From positions 1-31,985 of the forward strand of contig NW_021829657.1 in assembly GCF_006345805.1 (NCBI RefSeq): a DNA stretch of 31,985 nt, read 5' to 3'. The DNA comes from Octopus sinensis. Its lineage: Eukaryota. The stretch's first letter is position 1. Every line of letters begins with the position of its first letter. The notes beneath the pieces were generated by a model. That model did not search any database, was not told the DNA's origin, and saw nothing but the letters and a program-made list of their open reading frames with translations. The position numbers and the translations under genes were made by a program. This document shows, piece by piece, positions 10,912 through 21,480 of this stretch.

Positions 10912-11078
10912 TCTTTAATCGGCCCTGGTGTTTCACTGGTACTTAGTTTATCAACCCTGAAAGGATGAGAGGCAAAGTCAACCTCAGCGGGATTAGAAAT
11001 CAGAACGTAGTGGCAGATGAAATACTGCAAAGCATTTTGCCCGGTATGCTAACAATTCTTCCAGCTCACTGCCTTAAG
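10912..11078 (-). mobile_element. tRNA-derived SINE family B
   Basis: Reverse complement matches 25777-25930 (ggtgagctagcaaaatcgttagc...gagttcaaattc...gcctttcatcctttc..gtcgataaaataagtac). Confidence 0.85.
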
Positions 11079-11269
11079 TGTGTGTGTGCTTATACATGCA
11101 CTTAAGCATGAACTCATACATACATTGACTATTTACATGTCTTCCTTGAGAAATCTCCCTTGAATCTTTCTCTTAACTGATTTTGATAACAAACTGCTAC
11201 AGCATTCAGTGAAGCATTGTGCATAAGAAGAATTAGATGTTGTGTGTTAGAGAGAAAACTTGGGCTGGT

Positions 11270-12330
11270 TTGATGGATGAGAACTTCTTATGTGCAGCTG
11301 TCCTCATCCATACGCATCACATGACCATACCAGGGCAGTTGTCTCTCTTGCACACCACATCTGATGCCTCTTATGCCCAACTTTTCTCTCAGGATGCTTA
11401 CACTCTGTCATGCAAACTGACATTACACATCCAGCAAAGCATACTGGCTTCATTTCTTTCAAGCCTATACATGTCCTTGGCAGTCACAGCTCAGGTTCAC
11501 TGCCGTGTAGCATGGCTGTTCACACACAGGCTTCATACAATCTGTCTTTCACTCTGAGCAAGAGGCCCTTTGTTACCAGCAGAGCTAGGGGCTCTCTGAA
11601 CTTCGCCCAGCTTATTCTTATTCTAGCAGCTACACTCTTGGAGCATCCACCCCTGCTACTGACTAGGTAACAGAAGCTATCGACTACTTCCAGTTTTCTC
11701 TCCTGCCACATGATGGAATCTATTTTCTGTGCCTTTTTAGTCTTGATTGTACTTGTGCACCTTCTACACACAAAAACTATTTTCCCTGTTAACCTTCCTA
11801 TGATATTGCTGCACCTCTTATATGTCCATAGTTTACACTGGGTACATCTTATGGAGTTAAGTAGGAAAGCAGACAAATCTGCTTTCCAACTTACTAAGAC
11901 TTTGATTAACTCAAAGGACCTTCAAAACTAGACCTTGCTTCCACACCCAAAACTTCTCTAGTAGTTCTGCTAGTGATTCAGCTATAAGAACAAGGTCATC
12001 AGCTCTGAGGGGCAGCCTGTCTTGAATTCCTGTGTTCTTGCCTGGAGGACTATGATTAATAAGAGAGGGCTGAGGACTGAACCTTAGTTCTGCTACTTGT
12101 ATCCTGAATTCTTCGCTGTACTGATTGCCAACCCTCACATTATATCTATCTATATATATATATGTGTGCCAGGCATTTGAACAAGGTGACCTGCTCACCT
12201 GAGTTGCACTCTCCTCAACAGTGTGTCAATGCTTGGCAGATCAACTCAAGAGATACAGATTTGCAGCAATACATGTATTAGCATTAGGGTCTCCTCTGCT
12301 GCATCCTCTGGCTTTGGTTGGCTGATACCC
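11270..12330 (-). mobile_element. RTE LINE RT/C-terminal fragment
   Basis: ADDLVLIAESLAELLEKFWVWKQGL...NSIRCTQCKLWTYKRCS...LEVVDSFCYL..RGGCSKSVAARIRISWAKFRE...RLYEACV..AMLHGSETWAVT. Confidence 0.93.
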
Positions 12331-12450
12331 TTGCACATCCATTCCATTTAATCTCGTCTATCTTCAGGTCATATATATGTTTGTGTGTGTGCATGTGTGT
12401 ATATCTAGATACATATATAATGTATATATATGTGTATATATATATGTATG

Positions 12451-12495
<45 letters not shown>

Positions 12496-12504
12496 GTATA
12501 TATA

Positions 12505-12790
12505 GTCTCTACGGGTGTAAATATATTGATTCTGCGAGTACTTTGTTCAAGTGACGTTTTCTTAACCACCAGTCATCCTTCAGAGTCCCAGAAAGACGGA
12601 CCCCTTGTAACTCAGGTGGAAATTATTTGATCCTCCATGCCCATATATTAATGGAAGTGGCTTCTGCAAAATCTACATCACTGAAAAAGCCAAAATTCTT
12701 AAGGACTATAAGGAACCTGGCACATTAAACAGCCGTAAAGAAGTGTTTTCCAAATATATCCACTTCAAGTGCTACTTACTAGAAAATTGG
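12505..12790 (+). mobile_element. Penelope-like element, GIY-YIG endonuclease C-terminal fragment
   Basis: KYIDSASTLFK*RFLNHQSSF...PYINGSGFCKIYITEKAKILK...TLNSRKEVFSKYIHFKCYLLEN parallels the PLE motif YIGxTxxxFKxRxxNHxxSF...CxLCxxEK...LNKRSELxSKCRH. Confidence 0.75.
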
Positions 12791-12936
12791 TTCTTCCTGT
12801 TTGCTAGTTAGGCCTCTTTGGGTCTATAAGGCTTCCCCCACCATTCTGATCCATCTTCATTAACGTTTATTTGTTAAGATGTGTGTTTTCTGACATCTGC
12901 ATTGTAGATATCTAAAATTTTGTAGTCATATAGAGG

Positions 12937-13003
12937 CTGACAAGCTGTCCACAGGGCTTTGCTTTGTGGGTGCGAAACCTTGGATAACTCTGTGTCCAAG
13001 ATA
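12937..13003 (+). ncRNA. Degenerate type I hammerhead-ribozyme-like motif
   Basis: CTGACAA, stem II hairpin (ccacagggc/gctttgtgg, closed by gc/gc), GAAA, stem III (cttgga/tccaag), then ATA. It lies ~150 nt downstream of a PLE ORF end. G8 and the cleavage-site G are altered and stem I is not restored. Confidence 0.45.
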
Positions 13004-13999
13004 TAAAGTTTTTGTTGTAATATATATAAATTTATTGCAAGTAGGAAATAACTATGTGTTGCAAGTGAAGTTAAACTCCTGCCTGGCACACAAGTGCCCA
13101 CCACTGAAGAGATCCAATAAGATTAAAATCACATGGTCTGGTGGTCTCGAAGCTAGGGTGACAGGAATTATCTCCCACTTGCAATAAATATCGTGTATGG
13201 AAAAGACACTGAATAAACCATCCGGAGGAGTTGTCTTCCTGGGGTATTGTCGTCTCTTAGACAACACCCATGTTAAAGTGGCAATAGACACTACTTTTTG
13301 GTTTGTATTCAGTTTCTATCTTGAAAGGAGATTTTCTAATGGATTAGTTTCCTATATATATATATGTGTGTGTGTGTGTTTCCTGATGTACATACGTGTG
13401 TGTGTGTGTGTGCACCACTACGTTTTTGTTTGTTTTTTGATAATTCGTTGTAAAGGAGATTGCAGCCTCTATGGTGGCTTAACGTTCCCTTACAGTTGTA
13501 GAGACTTTTGGGGGAAAATCTGGTGTTTAGAATTTGACTTGGTCTGTGTTGAATGATAGGCAGGTTGATTTCTTGTTTGAAAAGGGGACAGAGAGGGATG
13601 TCTACAATATCTACTTTATTTTGAGGGAGTTAAGCAAGAGAAGAAAACCAGGACTTCTGACGTTGGTAAGGTCCTCAGAGTAGGATCTGAATGATGCTGA
13701 TGGCTCACTTAAGCAGAGAATGCCAGAAGTTTGGAGTGTTGGAGGAGACAGGGGTTAGAAGTGAAGTTTAAACAGAGGATTTTTGTGATACTGGTTGTTG
13801 TGTGGAAAATTGTGCAGGTGTTCCATACTGTCTCACTGATATAATTATACATACATAGATGTAGAGCAAGGTATAAGTAGATACATGCACTTACAGCAAG
13901 ATATATATATATATATATATATATACATTGCAATAAGATACACACACACAAAGAGAGCAAGATATAATTGTCCTGTCTTTTACTGTTTATATTTTATAC

Positions 14000-14272
14000 T
14001 GTCGTTACTGTCCTGTTTTTGTTACCATTTTTACCCCTCCGCAAAAAGATCTCCAAATTTATTTAATTTGCTTTTCGCGGGAAGGAAAGTTTCTATCGAA
14101 GATGCGTATCGCCTTCACCTTCGAAACGCAGAGTAGATGAAACCATGGCGACTGAAGAAGGGGACTTTTCCTTGTGTTATTCGTCCTGTACTCTATTTTA
14201 TCGTTGTTTAAGAAAAATGTCCATTTCCTTGGTTTTGTGTTTATGTTTTCGTTTCTCATTGTGTTCGACGTT
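14000..14272. promoter_or_regulatory. CpG-rich unique island (candidate promoter/first-exon region)
   Basis: About 15 CpGs in ~270 bp against a CpG-poor background. No TE similarity recognised. CCATGG at 14143-14148 gives a good Kozak context on both strands. Confidence 0.3.
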
Positions 14273-14387
14273 TTTTTGGTGTCCTGTACCCATATATGCA
14301 TGTATATATACATGTAGAGGTAGGTACGGACATATATGTATGTATATATGCATGTTTTATTTATTAATTTTTTTATATATATATGTG

Positions 14388-14483
14388 TGATGCAGCCTTC
14401 TGGCTTCACAGACCCCAGTTGAACCGTCCAACCCATGCTAGCATGGAAAATGGACGCTAAATGATGATGATGATGATGATGAT
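14388..14483 (+). mobile_element. Short RTE 3' tail insertion
   Basis: tgcagccttctggcttcacagaccccagttgaaccgtccaacccatgctagcatggaaaatggacgctaaa(tga)n. Confidence 0.88.
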
Positions 14484-14767
14484 CTGTGTGTGTGAGGGGA
14501 AATAACTGTAAATTATGAGAACGTAGATTACTTCCCTTTAAACGTGTTGCTCTCTAGATAAATAGTGTATGTGTATGTGTGTGTGTGTGTGTGTGTGTGT
14601 AATAGTGATGAAGAAGAGGTGGAGAGGTTAATTATGTGTGTAGAAGTGTATAAATAAGCAAATATGGGAGGAAAGACAGTTTTTCAGACTTGCCTATATG
14701 TGTATAGATATGTGTATATATATGCAAGAATGTATGTGTGTATGCATGCATATACATGCATACACAC

Positions 14768-14808
<41 letters not shown>

Positions 14809-15231
14809 TGTGTGTGTGTGTATGCATATGTATCTATTCATACAGTAATCCCTTGGTGTTTTTGGTACATTTGTAATGTAATTAATGCTAAATTGATTAA
14901 AGTATTTAATCACCCTTTGGTTAATTAAAAGGTTTAACCTTTATATTATTATTCAAACACTATTTCAACCTGGTTCCTACATGAAGTATTGCTGAGGTGA
15001 TTGCCTGTATTTTACTTAATCCTTCAATTATATAAGTGTGTGTGTGTATAAACATTATCGACTGCACATACCCTGCACAGTTTGCTGCTGTTTAGCATGG
15101 TAGGGAAGACTCTCTCTTAGCACAGGGTGTTAAAACACCCAAAGACAGGTGAGACAACTGACCCTAATCCCATTCAGTGCACCTGAGCACTGTACACAAT
15201 AATTTCAATATTATTATCATCATTATTATCA

Positions 15232-15283
<52 letters not shown>

Positions 15284-15541
15284 CCATCGTTTGTTATTTA
15301 TTTATATGTTCATAATACATTCCACTGGAATACTGACCCATCAGACATTCTGGAGTATACCAAATACCATACAACCAATACAACATACACTTTTGGACTC
15401 GCCCATCGGCTATTGAGATATTCTTAAGCGTTAAATCTCTGTATACATAACCTGAATATTTCACTGGTTGTACTCTGGTACCCAGGATATTTATTCAACT
15501 AAAGTACCTTTTTCTTTTGAATCCTCTCTCTCTCTCTCTCA

Positions 15542-15622
<81 letters not shown>

Positions 15623-15767
15623 CCGTGAGTGACCAGGCTATCAGATCTTGCTACATATCGCTGGTCACAATGTGCTTCGTATTGTTTTAGCCTTCAAATG
15701 ACACTACCCCACTGGCTATGCGACCAGGCCTATATATATATATATATATGAGAGAGAAAGAAATGGG

Positions 15768-16088
15768 GGCATATGGCTGCATGGTAAGAAGCTGGCTTCC
15801 CAACCACATGGTTTCAGGCTCAGTCCCACGGCATGGAAACTCAAAAGAAACCTGTCGTATATATGTATGTATATGTTTGTGTGTATGTGTCTGTGTTTGT
15901 CTCCCCACCACCATCACTTGATAACCGATGTTGGTGTGCTTACATCCTCGAAACTTAGTGGTTTGGCAAAAGTGACTGATAGAATAAGTACCAGTCCGAC
16001 AAAGAAGAAGTTCTGAGGTCAATTCCTTTGACTAAAGGTGGTGCTCCAGCATGGCTGCAGTCAAATGACTGAAGCAAGTAAAAGAATA
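15768..16088 (+). mobile_element. SINE family A copy with internal deletion
   Basis: The head (tggctgcatggtaagaagctggcttcccaacc...ggctcagtccc) joins directly to ggaaactcaaaagaaacc, lacking the gggcaagtg...gtagac body seen in other copies. Normal tail. Preceded by an unnamed repeat at 15621-15726. Confidence 0.85.
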
Positions 16089-16120
16089 TTTATATATATA
16101 TATCTGTATGTCTGTATATA

Positions 16121-16402
16121 GAGTAAAGATTATTTGCCAGCATATTGTAGCAGTCCTGGTTAGGACGATTGCTACTGTTACTTAGTCTCAGGAAACATCA
16201 TCTCCAGTTGGTTATACAAAGCACTATTTACACAGATATTGCTTTGTGCAGAATGGGGATGCTACACTCCCTTGTTTGAAAATATAAGGATGCAGATAGT
16301 GCATCGTATAGCCAGCTGGAGACGATGTTTCCTGGAGCTAAATAACAGTAACAATTGTCCTAATCAGGACTGCCACATTATGTTGGCAAATAATCTTTAC
16401 TC
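16121..16402. mobile_element. MITE with ~95-bp terminal inverted repeats (GAG...CTC termini)
   Basis: The left arm gagtaaagattatttgccagcatattgtagcagtcctggttaggac...ctccagttggttatac pairs with the right arm ending ...ggcaaataatctttactc. TA on the left. Confidence 0.85.
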
Positions 16403-16407
16403 TTGAG

Positions 16408-16683
16408 CAGTGCTTCTCAAACTATCTGATGTGGCATACCAGCAGTTTTTTTTCCAATGTACCAGGGACCAGTAATATTACTTTATACCGGAAACAATAC
16501 ATATAATGAATATAATAAAAGCTGACAATTTTCTTTATTTTATATTTATTTTGTAAACAAATAATACAATATTACACAAGCATTTTATAATGTTTCTTTC
16601 TTTTCTGGAAACTCACCGCGTACTGGCAGCCGAAGGTTCGCGGGTCGGCACCAGTCTGCGGACCGCCACTTTGAGTAACACTG
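16408..16683. mobile_element. hAT (Charlie-like) MITE
   Basis: TIRs cagtgcttctcaaact / actttgagtaacactg. 8-bp TSD ctcttgag (16400-16407) / ctctagag (16684-16691), fitting the NTCTAGAN Charlie preference. Confidence 0.88.
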
Positions 16684-16787
16684 CTCTAGAGTACTGTTAC
16701 TGAATGTCTCATGTTCAGAGATTTAGAGATAATTATTTTCTATGTATATGTATATATGCATATATATATATATATATTATATATATA

Positions 16788-17600
16788 TCATCATCATCAT
16801 CGTTTAACGTCCACTTTCCATGCTAGCATGGGTTGGACGATTTGACTGAGGACTGGCGAACCAGATGGCTTCGCCAGGCTCCAATCTGATCTGGCAGAGT
16901 TTCTACAGCTTGATGCCCTTCCTAACGTCAACCATTCAGAGAGTGTAGTCGGTGCTTTTACATGCCACTGGCACGAGGACCAGTCGGGTGGTACTGGCAA
17001 CAGCCACGCTCAAATGGTGTTTTTTACATGCCACCTGCACAGGAGCCAGTCCAGTGTCACTGGCAATGACCTCACTCGAATGCTTTTTCATGTGCCACTG
17101 GCATTTTTACATCCCACCAGCACGTAAAAGCCAGGTATTCTGCAAGAGGGTGTCATAAAATTGGTCTTTCTGTCCATCGGGTAGCCCCGGCTGCAGGGCA
17201 TAGGCTGAGATAATGGTTGCTAATCCATGTTGCAGCACTAATCTAATCATAAGTATTCTGTCGCATACTCTGACTACCTCGATTACCTTATCAACTCATT
17301 TCTCTGCCAGAAGTATACCCACGCCCCCGACCCTGTCAGTGTTCCCTGCCCAGAAAATCTTGTACCTGTGTTCTTTGCCTGTGAGGAACCTAGCCGAACC
17401 TCCTCTCCACCTTACTTCTTGGAGGCAGCACATATCCACACATCTCCGTTCAAGCATCTCAACAATCTCACCAGACCTACCTTTCAGTGTGCCAACCCTG
17501 AGGGTGTGGGAGTTATGGGCCCTTGAGACCCTGGGACAGGGGACAGCAGCTTCATGTACCTGATAAGAAAGCTTGCATTTGGCAGAATTTATAAACAAAC
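16788..17600 (-). mobile_element. RTE derivative: APE endonuclease N-terminus fused to the 3' UTR (RT absent)
   Basis: HTLRVGTLKGRSGEIVEMLERRCVDMCCLQEVRWRGGSAR...YKIFWAGNTDRVGGVGILLAEK*VDKVIEVVRVCDRIL...SAYALQPGLPDGQKDQFYD to ~17145, then the 3' UTR repeats and (GAT)n tail. Confidence 0.9.
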
Positions 17601-18483
17601 AATAGCCTTCAATTCAACCTGCATACACCACATCATCATATTTATGCACTATATGATCACTACCTTACATAGGAGATAAACCCTAAGTAGGGGTGGGGAT
17701 GTAAAGCCTTTAGAAGTGTTCATGGGAGACAACCAAAGGATGACAGCAGATAGGAACTTCCAGTACAGGCGGAGGGGGTGGGAGAGCAGGTGTACCAAGA
17801 ACCAGCAAATTTAGACGAGAGCATCTTCTGGATATGTATTCTTTCGGTGGAGGTATTAAAAAATTGAGTAGGGAAATCCGAGTGCATGTGCTAGTTTATA
17901 TAGGGTGGAGGTGGGGGAGAAGTCTTGGCAAAGGGAGTGGTAATCGAGAGAGAGAGAGAGAGAGACAGTGAGGCCCAGGGAGAGAGAGAGAGACAGTGTG
18001 AGCCCAAGGGAGAGAGAGACAGAGTGAAGCAGAGAGAGAGAGAAGGTACCAGAGTTAAGGTGTCAAAACACGAGGAAGAAAAATATTCTTTTGGGATTTG
18101 TCATAATTTAACGAAAATGTTGATAACAGTAAAATTGAAAAATCTGAGAGTTTTTAGTCAGCCAATCTACGCAGTTAAGGATATGTGTGAACTAAGGTTA
18201 ACTTAAGGAAACAATAAGCAAGACGAAACTATTGAAAGTCTATTTACATGTTGACATGGTAACGAAATCGAGAGAATAATGAAAAGAACTAATAATGATC
18301 TGTGCAGAAATAGAAGAGTAGATGAACGAGGTTGGAAAGATAAAACTTCTTACCTGAGCATCTTCTGAGATTTGTATACTTCGGCAGAGGTGAGAGAGAG
18401 AGAGAGATCTCAGAATAGTAAAGTTTTATATAGAATACAGTTTTATCACATCTCATCACACACACACACACACACACACATGT

Positions 18484-19110
18484 CTACTTATCTTTTATCG
18501 TTTACTTGTTTCAGTCATTAGGCTATGGCCATGCTGGGGCACCATCTTGAAGAATTTCAGTCAAACGAATTGACTGCAGTACTTAATTTTTAAAATTCTG
18601 GTACTTGTTCTATCAGTCTCTTTTGCTGAACTACTAAGTTACAGGATGTAAACACACCAACCCCAGTTGTCCAGTTGTGGTGGTGGTGGTGGTGGTGGGG
18701 GGGGGGCAAACACATATGCACACACACACACACACACGCATGCACAAGTGAGTGAGTCAGTCAGAAGAGGAAGCACTCAGCGCATTTGGTACGAGTTCCA
18801 GAGAGTTTTGATAGCAATTTGTCTCATTTCCACCTGAATTTGAGGAGCTTAAAAGGTTTCTGTGGGTGAGTTGGACACATTAATCTCATCAGATGCTAGG
18901 GCCATGGATGTGTAAACTTACACAGACACACATACGCATCTATGATGGACTTACTTTTTAGTTTCTCTCCACCAAATTCACTCTCAATGTATTGATCATC
19001 CTGGCACTATAATAGAAGATGCTCGCCCAAGGTGCCTTGCAGTGGGATTGAACTTGAAACCATGTGGTTAGGAAGTAAACTTCTTAACCACACAGCCATG
19101 TCTATGCCTC
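18484..19110 (-). mobile_element. SINE family A, interrupted in its microsatellite middle
   Basis: Head at ~18935-19110 and tail at 18484-18715, both on the minus strand. About 170 bp of unrelated sequence at ~18745-18910. Confidence 0.75.
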
Positions 19111-20036
19111 ACTCTATATACATACATAAATATAGATATGCATATGTATATGCACACATATTTAGGTGTGTGTGTGTTAATCATCCCCCACCAGCAAATG
19201 TCCTTGTAACCCCTCCCCCATTGTCAACCTATCCCTCCTAACCTCCACACACCATCCAATTGTTTCTCTAATCACCATTATAACTAATTAATACAATATC
19301 GCATTGTTTCCCCCTCTCCCCCTCCTCCCCTTCACTTTTTAATCCACTAACATCACAATACAAGGTTGTGCTGGTGGTGGTGTTGGTGGTAGTGTTTTGT
19401 GTGTGTATGTAGTATAGTGTTGTAGCATATTGAAAGTGTTGGTGGTAGTAGTGTTGTGACTGAGGGTGTGTGTGTGGTCTCCTCTGTTGCATTCCAGCCA
19501 TCCTTTAGGCAAATGAAAGTTGTGGGTAGACTCGCTCTGTTAATGGGAAACCCAAGGTGTCGAATTGTGTGTGTGTTGGCACGAAAAGATTCTTGTTTCA
19601 CGGTTTATACATCCATCAATCATAATAGAAAAGTTTGTAGTTACTGATGCAGGATGGGGGTGGGGGAATGAGGTTGCTGTAATGGAAACATTTTGGTCAA
19701 TTTCAAATAAATCATTTTGAGTCGAATATTAATTCAATATGTTTGAAAGGCTTTCATGATGTGCATATATGTGTTTGTGTGTGTAGACACACATATGAAC
19801 ATACATACATATCATCCCCATCATCCTTGTCATTTTATGTTCACTTTCCATACTGACATAGGATTAGACGGGTCATTCCTGTCCTCCTAAATTGGTCAAG
19901 GGACCAGATCTTGCCTGCAAGTTCCAATTTTGGTTTGTTTTTTTTTGGTTGTGTGTCCCTCCTAACACTGACCAAGAGTGTACTGGGTGCACTTCATATG
20001 AGTATGTATGTGTATATATATATATATATATATATA

Positions 20037-20217
20037 CCGGAGTAAAGACATAAATGTGAAACAAGGTGGAAAAAAGAGTACTCAAATACCAGGGGTAGAG
20101 TTATATGCTTTATTTAAAAACAGCAGAAATTCAACAAAACCTGTTACTCTGAGTTTCACGTGAAACTCAGAGTAACAGGTTTTGTTGAATTTCTGCTGTT
20201 TTTAAATAAAGTATATA
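20037..20217. repeat. Inverted duplication of a putative Penelope pseudo-LTR end; perfect 104-bp palindrome 20108-20211
   Basis: 52-bp arms with no spacer, centred in cac|gtg (20159/20160), checked base by base. The longer left arm is homologous, in reverse orientation, to 31582-31677. Confidence 0.9.
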
Positions 20218-20225
20218 TATATATA

Positions 20226-21435
20226 AGAAAATACCTTTAGATTCAACTATAATACATAGCTATGGGTACACAGTTTGCATCCTCATATGTAAACTTTGTT
20301 ATGGTATACTTGGAAGGAAAACTTTATGAGGAAGTAGAAAAAACCTTTGATCAGGAGTATAAGAAATATATCATTAAAAAGTGGAAACGTTTCCTTGGTG
20401 ATTGCTTCATCTTCTGAGACAAATCAAATGAAGATCTAAATATATTTAACAATATACTGAACACACTTCACCCATACATCAAATTCACAACAGAATCCAG
20501 TTGCAATGAACTACTTTTCCTGGATATCCACATAAAATACAGAATTCCACAGTCACAACAGACATATTTTACAAAAAAACTGACACACACCAACATTTAA
20601 ATTTCTACTCCTGCCATCCATCACACATCAAAAGAAGCATCCCATGCAGCATGGCAAGACGCATCTGTGCTAGAGTGACTGACCCGAAAATACGGGAAAC
20701 CCAACTCACCGAACTCCAAGGCTTCCTCACAATGCAGAAATAATGAAGGAATTAAAAAGACTATGAAACTGAACTCCACCCAATTATGGACACCTAAGGA
20801 AAAAGTTAATGAAAACATGATTCCGTTCATTAACACACACAGTCCTGGAATAACCATCTTTCACATCATTAAATCGAACTTACCTATACACCTACAAAGC
20901 CCCAAAATGAAAAATCTGATTGACAAAAGCACCTTACAGAATTGGAAATACCAACCAAAAAATCTTAAAAATACACCTCACAAGGGTAGAATTCAAATCA
21001 AGAGAATGAATCAGAATTCTTAGTAAAAGAATGTGGAGATAGGAGATGTGGAACATGCAACAACATCAACAACTTCTAATACTTGGAAAGTGGTTCCCAC
21101 ATAAAATTCAAGAGTGGATTCCTTTTCAAAATAAATGCAGATATGAACTGCAAAACACAAAACCTCATATATTGCATTACCTGCCCAAACTGCAAAGAAA
21201 GTTACATTGGCGAAACAAATAATTCCCTCTGCCAACGTGCAAGAATCCACAGGTAACATATCTGACAAGAGGAATTACGCAAGATTCCATTAAGTAAATA
21301 TCTGGAGATATGCAGCGACGGAAAATTCAAAATTTTTCCCTTTTCCAAATGTGCACAGGATGATCCGCAGTCTCTTATAAATCAATGGAACTACATTTCA
21401 TCCAAAAATTCTCTCCAAAATTGGATGTTTGAAAG
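20226..21435 (+). mobile_element. Penelope-like element RT plus GIY-YIG (degenerate, 5'-truncated)
   Basis: IAMGTQFASSYVNFVM..LE...WKRFLGDCFIF...LHPYIKFTTE...LLFLDI...TDIFYKKTDTHQHLNFYSCHPSHIKRSIP...CGDRRCGTC...NLIYCITCPNCKESYIGETNNSLCQRARIH. Confidence 0.93.
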
Positions 21436-21480
21436 AAAAGGGGAGACAATACATTTTGTCTTCCAAATATAACTGAAAGA

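Noticed and set aside
13098-13165. Second hammerhead candidate (CTGAAGA...GAAG) in the PLE 3' region
   Set aside because: Stem II pairs only by consuming core nucleotides, GAAA is GAAG, and no valid stem III/NUH can be drawn.
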